Shown piece by piece: positions 1 to 7,229 of a DNA stretch of 52,213 bases (position 1 is its first letter; every line of letters begins with the position of its first letter). Below the pieces are notes generated by a model. The model had not been told where the DNA came from, did no database searches, and was given only the letters and a program-made list of their open reading frames with translations. The translations under genes and the position numbers were made by a program. Source of the stretch: Candidatus Anoxychlamydiales bacterium (GTDB lineage Bacteria > Chlamydiota > Chlamydiia > Chlamydiales > SM23-39); NCBI GenBank assembly GCA_011065175.1, contig JAAKFE010000002.1, positions 1 to 52,213 on the forward strand, given 5' to 3'.

Positions 1-194
1 TATAAGTTCGTCAAATGTTCATTAATAGTAGGAACAGTAACTTCAAATAAAGTCGCCATTAATTTTTGAGTTAACCAGACATTATTTTCCTCTACTCGCA
101 CTTCAATGCTATTTTTACCAGCTTGACTTGTAAAGATTAAGAATTCAGCTGTACTATTTCTAATTTGATATTTTTTATCTTCTTTTAATCTCAT
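1..194 (-). CDS. RhuM-family protein, N-terminal 64 codons only (gene continues past the left window edge)
   Basis: Absent from ORF track because truncated. Hand translation from ATG (194-192): MRLKEDKKYQIRNSTAEFLIFTSQAGKNSIEVRVEENNVWLTQKLMATLFEVTVPTINEHLTNL. The block IEVR-x-E-x2-VWLTQ-x2-MA-x-LF...I-x-EH matches the conserved RhuM N-terminus as I recall it. Confidence 0.7.
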   Translation of the reverse strand, partial: MRLKEDKKYQIRNSTAEFLIFTSQAGKNSIEVRVEENNVWLTQKLMATLFEVTVPTINEHLTNL

Positions 195-248
195 TATTAG
201 CTCATTTTTAAAAAATTATGATAACACAAAATAGAAAACTTAGACCAC

Positions 249-273
249 TCAAAAGTTCTGAATGCGTCTCTCC
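249..273 (+). repeat. Left copy of imperfect direct repeat bracketing the wHTH/nucleotidyltransferase module
   Basis: tcaaaagttctgaa (249-262) is identical to 1272-1285. Both copies continue into gt[c/t]tctcc (266-273 / 1287-1294). Confidence 0.7.
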
Positions 274-333
274 ACCTCCAATTCCATTCTTAAGCTTTAA
301 TAGCCAGTCATTTGCATTAATGTTTTTAAATTT

Positions 334-362
334 TTGACAAATAAACCAATAACCCATATAAT
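334..362 (+). promoter_or_regulatory. Consensus sigma70(sigma66)-type promoter in front of the wHTH gene
   Basis: TTGACA (334-339), 17-nt spacer, TATAAT (357-362). Both hexamers are perfect, 33 nt upstream of ATG 395. Confidence 0.6.
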
Positions 363-387
363 AGGTCATATAACCTAAAATATAGGT
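362..387 (+). promoter_or_regulatory. Candidate operator (inverted repeat TAGGT-N6-ACCTA plus a third TATAGGT)
   Basis: TAGGT 362-366 and ACCTA 373-377; TATAGGT again at 381-387. Lies between the -10 box and the start codon of a wHTH regulator gene. Confidence 0.35.
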
Positions 388-394
388 ACATAAA

Positions 395-730
395 ATGTTG
401 GAACCAATATTTGGTGGAAAAAATATAGAAAAAATTCTTTTCTTCCTCTTAATTCATCAACGTTGCTATGGAAGACAACTCAGTCGTACATTTCAAACGG
501 CTTTATCTCCAATTCAAAAAGCTTTAGATAGATTAGAAACAGGAGGAATAATTGTCAGTTTTTTAGAAGGGAAGACTAGAATGTATCAATTCAATCCAAG
601 ATATCCCTTTTTACAAGAATTGAAAACATTATTGGAAAAAGCTTATCTATTTTTACCTCAAGAATTTAAAAATCAATACTATGAACCAAAAATCAGAAAA
701 AGACCCCGACGAAAAGGAAAACCTTTATGA
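395..730 (+). CDS. Small winged-helix-turn-helix DNA-binding protein (ArsR/MarR-like fold), putative antitoxin/regulator
   Basis: 111 aa. YGRQLSRTFQTALSPIQKALDRLETGGIIVSFLEGKTRMYQFNP reads as HTH + beta-wing; basic tail RKRPRRKGKPL. Stop overlaps next start (ATGA at 727-730). Confidence 0.6.
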   Translation: MLEPIFGGKNIEKILFFLLIHQRCYGRQLSRTFQTALSPIQKALDRLETGGIIVSFLEGKTRMYQFNPRYPFLQELKTLLEKAYLFLPQEFKNQYYEPKIRKRPRRKGKPL

Positions 731-1284
731 ATGAAATTGACTTTAAAAAAATAACTCTTGAGGAGCTTGCCGCTATTATTTCTGAAAAACTAAAAGAACA
801 TAGTATAGATAGTATTTTAGTCGGAGGAGGATGTGTCTCTATTTATTCTCAAAATCGTTATCAATCCTATGATTTAGATTATGTGACTTATGAAGATCTG
901 AAAAAAAATGCAAAAGCTCTGAAGGAATTAGATTTTTATGAAAAAGGGGGCTATTTCATACATAAAGACTGTGAATATTATATCGAATTTGTCGCTCCTC
1001 CTATAGCTATTGGAAATGAACCCATTGTTAATTATGAATATCATAGAACGTCTCTTGGAACAATCAAAATGCTAACACCTACAGATAGCGTCAAAGACAG
1101 GCTCGCAGCTTTTTATCATTGGGATGATAAACAAAGCCTAGATCAAGCTCTGATAATATGCAAAACAATTGCTCAAAAAATTGACATAGATGAAATCAGG
1201 AGATGGTCAAAAAATGAAGGTCATTTGAAAAAGTTTAAAAATTTTTTAGAACATTTGAAAAAGAATTCCAATCAAAAGTTCTGA
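727..1284 (+). CDS. Minimal nucleotidyltransferase-fold protein (pol-beta superfamily), putative toxin/effector partner of the wHTH protein
   Basis: 185 aa. LVGGGCVSIYSQNRYQSYDLDYV fits the hG[GS]-x9-13-D-x-D nucleotidyltransferase signature. Translationally coupled to the upstream wHTH gene. Confidence 0.5.
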   Translation: MNEIDFKKITLEELAAIISEKLKEHSIDSILVGGGCVSIYSQNRYQSYDLDYVTYEDLKKNAKALKELDFYEKGGYFIHKDCEYYIEFVAPPIAIGNEPIVNYEYHRTSLGTIKMLTPTDSVKDRLAAFYHWDDKQSLDQALIICKTIAQKIDIDEIRRWSKNEGHLKKFKNFLEHLKKNSNQKF

Positions 1285-1294
1285 AAGTTTCTCC
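1272..1294 (+). repeat. Right copy of direct repeat (overlaps the last codons and stop of the nucleotidyltransferase gene)
   Basis: tcaaaagttctgaa 1272-1285 = 249-262; gtttctcc 1287-1294 vs gtctctcc 266-273. Confidence 0.7.
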
Positions 1295-1447
1295 TTTTCT
1301 TCAATTGTATTAATGGAAAATATATACAAAAAAAAATAAAAACCTTATACCTAAGAAAAAGAATTCGATCAAAATGTTTTATGAAAAAAATGTTTCTACT
1401 ATCTTTTTTTATAATTTCATCAATATCCAACTATATTTTATAATTGC

Positions 1448-2035
1448 ATGAAAAAAACTACAAAACCATCTCAAAATGCCTTAGAGCGTTTAATAAAAGG
1501 CAATGAGCGCTATGTTAATAATAAATCAGCCCATCCGAATAGATCTGAAGAAAGACGAAAAAAAATCGCTTCAAAACAATCTCCCTATGCTATCATTGTG
1601 GGATGCTCTGATTCTAGAGTCTCTCCTGAAATAATTTTTGATGAAGGCCTAGGAGATCTTTTTATTGTTCGAATAGCTGGAAATGTTATAGGTCCAATCG
1701 AATTAGATAGCATTGAATATTCTGCTCTTCATCTAAATCCTTCAATTATTTTAGTTTTAGGGCACGAAAATTGTGGTGCAGTTGATGCTGTAATGGAAAA
1801 TAAAACTGCAAACATTGAGATGATAGCAAAGCTTATTGAACCTGCGGCCAAACAAGCAAGAGAATCTAAAACAGATAACCCTCTTGAATTAGCTATTAAA
1901 ACAAATGCACTAAATATGAAAGATTTTTTAGAAAGATCTCCTAATATCGAAAAATTAATTAAGAAGAATAAAATCCAAGTTAATGCAGCTTATTATAATC
2001 TGAAAACCGGCCTTGTTGAAATCCTAAATAAGTAG
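1448..2035 (+). CDS. Beta-class carbonic anhydrase
   Basis: 195 aa. Zinc-ligand motifs CSDSRV and HENCGA in the expected spacing; GN-x-RY N-terminal helix. Confidence 0.85.
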   Translation: MKKTTKPSQNALERLIKGNERYVNNKSAHPNRSEERRKKIASKQSPYAIIVGCSDSRVSPEIIFDEGLGDLFIVRIAGNVIGPIELDSIEYSALHLNPSIILVLGHENCGAVDAVMENKTANIEMIAKLIEPAAKQARESKTDNPLELAIKTNALNMKDFLERSPNIEKLIKKNKIQVNAAYYNLKTGLVEILNK

Positions 2036-2037
2036 AG

Positions 2038-2190
2038 TTATCTATGTCTTTTAAAAAACTGGATCTCTCTTTCATGTTTTACAGCTTCCGTGCGAGTATT
2101 GAATGTCCCTAAATTTCTTCTTTTTCCTGTTTTAGAATCTTTTTTTCTTGAATAGAGCCTATATTTTCCTGAAGACAATTTTCTAATCAT
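2038..2190 (-). CDS. Small basic protein (50 aa) with AP2-like 'LGTF-T-x-EA' motif
   Basis: Below ORF-track size cut-off. Hand translation: MIRKLSSGKYRLYSRKKDSKTGKRRNLGTFNTRTEAVKHEREIQFFKRHR*. RBS GGTGGA lies 7 nt upstream of ATG (2190-2188); stop TAA at 2040-2038. Confidence 0.55.
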   Translation of the reverse strand: MIRKLSSGKYRLYSRKKDSKTGKRRNLGTFNTRTEAVKHEREIQFFKRHR

Positions 2191-2656
2191 TTTTTATTCC
2201 ACCCCGTATTTTCGAGCTTTTTAAACTTTATGTGAATTTATCTGTATGGTTAGCAAATTGAAAAATAATTGTCTATTGTCTTATTTTAAAAATAATTGAA
2301 GAAAAAAAGATTTCATCTGTTTATCTTATCTGGGCTCTTTTAAAACATTCTCAAACAAAGATGCCAAGTCCTGATTATATCAAATATGAAGATGAACCAC
2401 TAGATCACTCTATCTTTTCAAAGATTCAATAATAGAACAAAAAAATATTGGAATGTTCTATATTATTTTTTTTTAAAGGAGAAAAAACAACCAAAACTTG
2501 GTTTACTTCTTTCTTTTTATATTTTTTTTTCTTTAAAAATCATCTATGAAAATTTATATTTTTTTGAAAAAAATTAAAATAATCTTATTTTTTTATTTAC
2601 AAAAAAAACATTAAATATTTAATAATGGAAGGCAAAAAAAACCTCATAGGTGATTT

Positions 2657-2908
2657 ATGACAACACCATTAGCAACAAGTGGTAGTTATACAAAATATGA
2701 AAAGAAAGAAATAGATGAATTAACAAAAGGAAAAAGAGCCCTTTTTAAAAGATTCGGACTTAACCCTACAGATAAAAAAATGCGGAAATTTGCCCTAACC
2801 GCGTTTTCCGAAGAAGCTTGCTCTGGCTCTGGTTCTGGTGGAGGATCTGGCACTTCTGCTTCAGGAGGCATGGGTGGAGATCTAGGCGGTGGTTTCGGCG
2901 GATATTAA
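2657..2908 (+). CDS. Small protein with basic N-terminal half and Gly/Ser-rich C-terminal tail
   Basis: 83 aa. RBS AGGTGA 5 nt upstream of ATG. Tail is CSGSGSGGGSGTSASGGMGGDLGGGFGGY. Followed by a strong hairpin. Confidence 0.55.
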   Translation: MTTPLATSGSYTKYEKKEIDELTKGKRALFKRFGLNPTDKKMRKFALTAFSEEACSGSGSGGGSGTSASGGMGGDLGGGFGGY

Positions 2909-2927
2909 GTTCAAAATATACAATGCT

Positions 2928-2959
2928 ATGTAGAAATGGTTTAAAAACCATTTCTACAT
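2928..2959. terminator. Bidirectional hairpin between convergent genes
   Basis: atgtagaaatggttt (2928-2942) pairs with aaaccatttctacat (2945-2959): 15-bp perfect stem, 2-nt loop. Overlaps the stop of the PIN-PhoH gene. Confidence 0.6.
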
Positions 2960-4267
2960 TATATCTGCAGCAATTTTAGCCAGTTCTGATCTTTCTGTTT
3001 TATCTAAAGATATGTGCCCATATATTTTTCGATCCTGAAATTTTGATATTGTATATGTGAGTCCATTAGAATCTTGATCTAAATATGGATTATCAATCTG
3101 AGTTGGATCTCCTGTTAAAATTACTTTAGTTCCTTTTCCTGCTCTAGATATTATTGTTTTTACTTCATGAGGCGTCAAATTCTGAGCTTCATCTATTATC
3201 ATAAAAACTTTTGGTAGAGTTCTTCCTCTAATATAAGTTACAGCTTCCATTTCTAATTTATTGCTTTGAGTTATCCAATCGAATGCTGATTTTTCATTAG
3301 CTTCTGAGTTTGTATGATGCAAAAGAACTTCTAAATTATCATAAATTGGTTGCATCCAATGAAATAATTTTTCTTCTTTAGTTCCAGGCAGATATCCTAT
3401 ATCTTTTCCAAGAGGAATAATTGGTCTAGAAACCAATATTTTTGAATAAAGAGCATCATCGAATACTTTTTTCATTCCGCAAGCGAGAGCTAAAAGTGTT
3501 TTTCCTGTACCAGCAGGGCCTACTAAAGTTACTAATTTTATATCTTCTCTAAGAAGTAGATCTAAAGCGCATCTTTGTTCAACATTTAATGGATATATAC
3601 CCCAAATACCTTTTTTACATTCAATGAGAGGCTCTAATTTATTAATGTTTGAATTATATTTACATATTGCCGATGATTTTTCAGGGCTTTTCAAAATACA
3701 ATATTCATTAGGCAAAAAACTAACATCAGGTTTTGTGATTTGACCATCTTTATAAAAAAGATCTATTTCATTTTTAGAAACTTCAAGGGTTTTTATACCT
3801 TTGTATATTTTTTTAAAAGATACCTTTAAATTTTCGTAATCTTGCGCTACTAATCCCATAGCTTCAGCTTTAACTCTTGAGACAAAATCTTTAGAAACAA
3901 AAACAACTTTTTGACCTTCATTTTTCAAAAAAGATGAAATGTATAAAATTTTGTTAGAGTTTCTATCTAAAGGAAGCGGGAAATTTTTAATTACCCTAGA
4001 TTTTGTATCTAAATAGATTTTTATTTTTGGTCCTTCATCGATAATTATTCCAGTATTTAAATCCCCTTTTTTCTTTGATTTTAAAGAATCTATATATCTA
4101 ACTACTTTCCTAGCATTTTTTCCAAGTTCATCAGATCTTTTTTTTAAAGCATCTAATTCTTCTAAAACAATTAATGGAATAATAACATCGTTATCTTGAA
4201 ATTTTTTGATCGATGATGGATCATGTAAAAGAACGTTAGTATCGAGAACAAAAGTTTTTCGACTCAT
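2954..4267 (-). CDS. PIN-domain / PhoH-like ATPase fusion (PhoH2/YlaK type)
   Basis: 437 aa. N-terminal PIN (FVLDTNVLLHD ... IPLIVLEELD); Walker A GPAGTGKT; DEAQN Walker B-like box. Confidence 0.85.
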   Translation of the reverse strand: MSRKTFVLDTNVLLHDPSSIKKFQDNDVIIPLIVLEELDALKKRSDELGKNARKVVRYIDSLKSKKKGDLNTGIIIDEGPKIKIYLDTKSRVIKNFPLPLDRNSNKILYISSFLKNEGQKVVFVSKDFVSRVKAEAMGLVAQDYENLKVSFKKIYKGIKTLEVSKNEIDLFYKDGQITKPDVSFLPNEYCILKSPEKSSAICKYNSNINKLEPLIECKKGIWGIYPLNVEQRCALDLLLREDIKLVTLVGPAGTGKTLLALACGMKKVFDDALYSKILVSRPIIPLGKDIGYLPGTKEEKLFHWMQPIYDNLEVLLHHTNSEANEKSAFDWITQSNKLEMEAVTYIRGRTLPKVFMIIDEAQNLTPHEVKTIISRAGKGTKVILTGDPTQIDNPYLDQDSNGLTYTISKFQDRKIYGHISLDKTERSELAKIAADIM

Positions 4268-4429
4268 TAAATATTTCTCCTGTTATTAATTTTTTACTCT
4301 AAAAAATGAAATTTTAAAAAAATCCTCCTTTGATGCTTTGAGCTTAAAAGCCACATATAACCGAAAAATTAGAGCATGTAAAATATTTTTTTTTGACATT
4401 GCTGAATAATGCAAATCTTAAAAACTTTA

Positions 4430-4512
4430 CTTGACGCTATCCCGCCTCGTACGTCTCTTGCCTTCAGCTGCTTACAGCAATGACCTGGCAGAAAGGCGCT
4501 TTGAATGCTAAA
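4430..4512 (-). ncRNA. ffs: Signal recognition particle RNA (4.5S/SRP RNA), boundaries approximate
   Basis: Isolated GC-rich patch in an AT-rich spacer. The minus strand reads ...GCGCCUUUCUGCCAGGUCAUUGCUGUAAGCAGCUGAAGGCAAGAGACGUACGAGGCGGGAUAGCGUC. It contains CCAGGUCA, AAGCAGC, GAAGGCA and CGGGAU-AGC in the same order as E. coli 4.5S RNA domain IV/helix 5. Confidence 0.6.
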
Positions 4513-4517
4513 ATCAT

Positions 4518-4547
4518 TTGACTAAAAAATTTAATTTCTGTTATAAT
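4518..4547 (+). promoter_or_regulatory. Near-consensus promoter for the SWIM-finger gene
   Basis: TTGACT (4518-4523), 18-nt spacer, TATAAT (4542-4547); ATG at 4586. Confidence 0.45.
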
Positions 4548-4585
4548 AAAAGCAGGAAAAAATTAATGATTTGAGGATTTTTAAT

Positions 4586-5251
4586 ATGAAGATAAATGAT
4601 AAAATCTTAAATATCCCACCTTATATATCTACTTCTTGGGACAATATTACTTCACTTTTTACGCAAAATGATTTTTTAGTTGTAATTTTAAAAAATGGAG
4701 CGAAAATTGAAATTCCAAAGATACAACCCGAGATGATTGAAGAAATTTTCAAGATTCATTCAAAAGTATTAGAGGGCAAATCAAAACCTAAAACATCTAT
4801 TAGTTTTGGACTGCCATCTATTCTGCCATCTATGCCGACTGCGGGCTTAGAATCATTTACATCTGCAATGCAACATAATCCTGAACAAAAAGATGCACCT
4901 GACATTCCATCTGATATAATTAATAAAATTGCAAATATTGCAAAATTATTTGCTGAAGAAGCAAATATGGATATACCAAAACCTGTGGCTAATTGCAATT
5001 GTATGCATTGTCAAATCTCTAAAGCTTTGCAAATTGGTATGGGAATAAATCCTGAAAATTTAGATGCAGAAGTTGATGAAAAAGATTTAAAATTTAGAGA
5101 TTGGGATATCATAGAAGAAGGAGCTCATCTTTATAGAGTTATAAATCCTTTGGATGAAAAGGAACATTACTCTGTGTTTTTAAAAGATCCAATCGGATGT
5201 ACATGTGGTAAAAAAAATTGCGACCATATCAAAGCTGTCTTAAATAGTTAA
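4586..5251 (+). CDS. Conserved hypothetical protein with C-terminal SWIM-type zinc finger
   Basis: ORF track starts at TTG 4571. ATG 4586 is preceded by GAGGA 7 nt upstream. C-terminus GCTCGKKNCDHIKAV fits CxC-xn-CxH; there is also an internal CNCMHC. Confidence 0.6.
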   Translation: MKINDKILNIPPYISTSWDNITSLFTQNDFLVVILKNGAKIEIPKIQPEMIEEIFKIHSKVLEGKSKPKTSISFGLPSILPSMPTAGLESFTSAMQHNPEQKDAPDIPSDIINKIANIAKLFAEEANMDIPKPVANCNCMHCQISKALQIGMGINPENLDAEVDEKDLKFRDWDIIEEGAHLYRVINPLDEKEHYSVFLKDPIGCTCGKKNCDHIKAVLNS

Positions 5252-5349
5252 CATTTTACACAAAAAAAAGTAGCAATAATTCATCTTTCATTTTAGTATG
5301 ATATTATTTGGGTAAACTAAAACATATGCTAAAGTTAAGGGGTTTTAAA

Positions 5350-6519
5350 ATGCTTAGGCTACTATTTACAATCAATTTAATGTTATTTTCTATCAATGCC
5401 ATGGCAGAAAATAATAATAATCAGATTCAACAACGATTCAAAACATTTACAGCAAAGATAACAGGCTCAAAGGTAAGACTAAGGTCTGGAGCCGATTTAG
5501 ATAGTCATATAATTACTCAATTATCTAAAAATGAACTTGTTTTAGTAAAAGAAGATGCTGGAGATTTTTGGGGGATAAAACCACTTTCCAATGCTAAAGC
5601 CTATGTATTTAGAAGTTATGTAATAGATAATGTTGTTGAAGCAGATAGGGTGAATATCAGATTAGAACCTAATTTAGATTCCTCTATTATTGGACAGCTA
5701 AAAAACAAAGATAAAATTGAAGCTAAAATTTGTTCAGAAAATAATAAATGGTTAGAAATAGCCATGCCAGATGATGTTTATTTTTATGTAGCAAAAGAGT
5801 ATTTAACATATGCAGGCGATAGCAGTTTTTATACAAAAATGCAATCTAGAAAATCAGAAGTTGAAAAGATTTTAAATTCAGCATATTTTATTACACAAAC
5901 TGAATTAAAAAAGCCATATGATGAAATGCAACCGCATGAAGCAATAGATAGTTTTGATCTTATCATCAAAGAATATTCAGAGTTTCCTCAACATGTGCAA
6001 CAAGCAAAAGAGGGCCTTGCTCTATTACAAGACAATTATTTACAGAAAAAAATTGCTTATTTAGAAGCAAAAGCAAATATCTCTCATATGGAAAAAGACG
6101 AACTCTTAAAAGCTGTTGAAAAAGCAAATACTTATGATGAAGAATTACAAGTAGCTAATCAAAACTCTAACAAAAACATCACGGGTAAGATGAAATTTTG
6201 GGGAACAGTAGAAGATGCTCTTTATGCAACATGGACAACTTTTCATCCTGAAAAAAGACTTAATGATTTTTATAAAGAGCAAGAGATTAATGCTGTAGCA
6301 ATAGCAGGAGTAATAGAGAGCTTTTCTCAAGGCGTAAAAAACAAACCTGGTGATTATATTGTAAAACTTCAAGACCCAACTAAAAAAGCCTTTCTCTATA
6401 GTACAAAAGTAAATTTAGATGATTTTGTAGGAAAAAAAGTGAACTTAAAAGTATCGCCAAGACCGAATAACAACTTTGCTTATCCAGCTTATTTTGTAAA
6501 TCAAATAGAAGTTCAATAG
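5350..6519 (+). CDS. Secreted protein with two bacterial SH3 (SH3b) domains
   Basis: ORF track starts at TTG 5308. ATG 5350 has AAGGGG 7 nt upstream and yields a signal peptide MLRLLFTINLMLFSINAMA. Two SH3b-like units: GSKVRLRSGADLDSHIITQL...FWGIKP and ADRVNIRLEPNLDSSIIGQL...WLEIAMP. Confidence 0.6.
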   Translation: MLRLLFTINLMLFSINAMAENNNNQIQQRFKTFTAKITGSKVRLRSGADLDSHIITQLSKNELVLVKEDAGDFWGIKPLSNAKAYVFRSYVIDNVVEADRVNIRLEPNLDSSIIGQLKNKDKIEAKICSENNKWLEIAMPDDVYFYVAKEYLTYAGDSSFYTKMQSRKSEVEKILNSAYFITQTELKKPYDEMQPHEAIDSFDLIIKEYSEFPQHVQQAKEGLALLQDNYLQKKIAYLEAKANISHMEKDELLKAVEKANTYDEELQVANQNSNKNITGKMKFWGTVEDALYATWTTFHPEKRLNDFYKEQEINAVAIAGVIESFSQGVKNKPGDYIVKLQDPTKKAFLYSTKVNLDDFVGKKVNLKVSPRPNNNFAYPAYFVNQIEVQ

Positions 6520-6528
6520 ACGTTTAAA

Positions 6529-6563
6529 ATAGCTTTAGAAAAATTAAAATTTTCTAAAGCTAT
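6529..6563. terminator. Bidirectional hairpin between convergent genes
   Basis: atagctttagaaaa (6529-6542) pairs with ttttctaaagctat (6550-6563): 14-bp stem, 7-nt loop. Confidence 0.55.
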
Positions 6564-6575
6564 TTAATTTTAAAA

Positions 6576-7145
6576 TTAATCCTCAATAACAATATTAAAA
6601 AAGCTCAACAATGAATAAACATCAGGTTTAGAAAATTTTGCTTTTTCAATTTTATTATTAAAAGGATCGATTGAGTAGTTTATAGCTTGTGAAAAATCAG
6701 CTTCTTTTAAATTAGCCTGATGAAAACGAGTGCCTTCTAGATTCGTTTTTTTAAAATCTGCTAAAGTTAGATCGGTTGTTACAAAATCGCATCTTCTTAT
6801 TATACTCTCGAAAAAAGAAGTTTTTTTTAAGGACATATCAGAAAAATTGCAGCTATCTATTAGTGATTTTTTAAATGAGATCGAAAGCAAAAATTTATCG
6901 CATTTAAAAAACTCCACTCCGACTAATTTAGATTCAATAAAAACAACTTCTTGAAGTTTTGTTTTCTCAAAGTTCACTAAACTTAGATTGCAATTTTTAA
7001 ATGAAATGTTTATAAATTTTGAATTTGATAAATTTGCATTTGAAAAATTACAGTTTTCAAAAGTGCAGTCTATAAAAACTCTATTTGAAGAGTCTTGATT
7101 AGAAAAATCTTTTTTTAAAAATTTTTTATTTTCAAATTCTTGCAT
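6576..7145 (-). CDS. Pentapeptide-repeat protein
   Basis: 189 aa. Continuous A(D/N)LxF-type pentads, e.g. CNFSNANLSNSKFINISFKNCNLSLVNFEKTKLQEVVF and ANLKEADFSQA. Confidence 0.8.
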   Translation of the reverse strand: MQEFENKKFLKKDFSNQDSSNRVFIDCTFENCNFSNANLSNSKFINISFKNCNLSLVNFEKTKLQEVVFIESKLVGVEFFKCDKFLLSISFKKSLIDSCNFSDMSLKKTSFFESIIRRCDFVTTDLTLADFKKTNLEGTRFHQANLKEADFSQAINYSIDPFNNKIEKAKFSKPDVYSLLSFFNIVIED

Positions 7146-7229
7146 TTTCTATATTCCGAAAAAACTAATCTTTAAAATGATCATAAAAATTAATATATTT
7201 TTTTATAAGTTTTTTTTAGATGTTCAAAC

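Noticed and set aside
249-1294. Direct repeats interpreted as integron attC/core sites (GTTCTGA within the repeat)
   Set aside because: GTTCTGA does not fit the GTTRRRY core. No inverse-core partner or attC-like imperfect palindrome is present, and no integrase is in the window. The repeats are kept only as generic flanking direct repeats.
2361-2432. 23-codon ORF MPSPDYIKYEDEPLDHSIFSKIQ* in the long spacer
   Set aside because: No RBS or promoter signal and no motif. It is indistinguishable from chance in the sequence alone.
2657-2908. Gly/Ser-tailed peptide as a bona fide microcin/RiPP locus
   Set aside because: There is no double-glycine leader with a hydrophobic core. No adjacent maturation, export or immunity genes are present. 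It is retained only as an unexplained small protein.
4393-4512. Reading the GC-rich patch as a plus-strand sRNA driven by TTGACA at 4393-4398
   Set aside because: The spacing to the nearest -10-like hexamer is poor (19 nt to TTAAAA). The conserved SRP RNA motifs appear in the correct order only on the minus strand.
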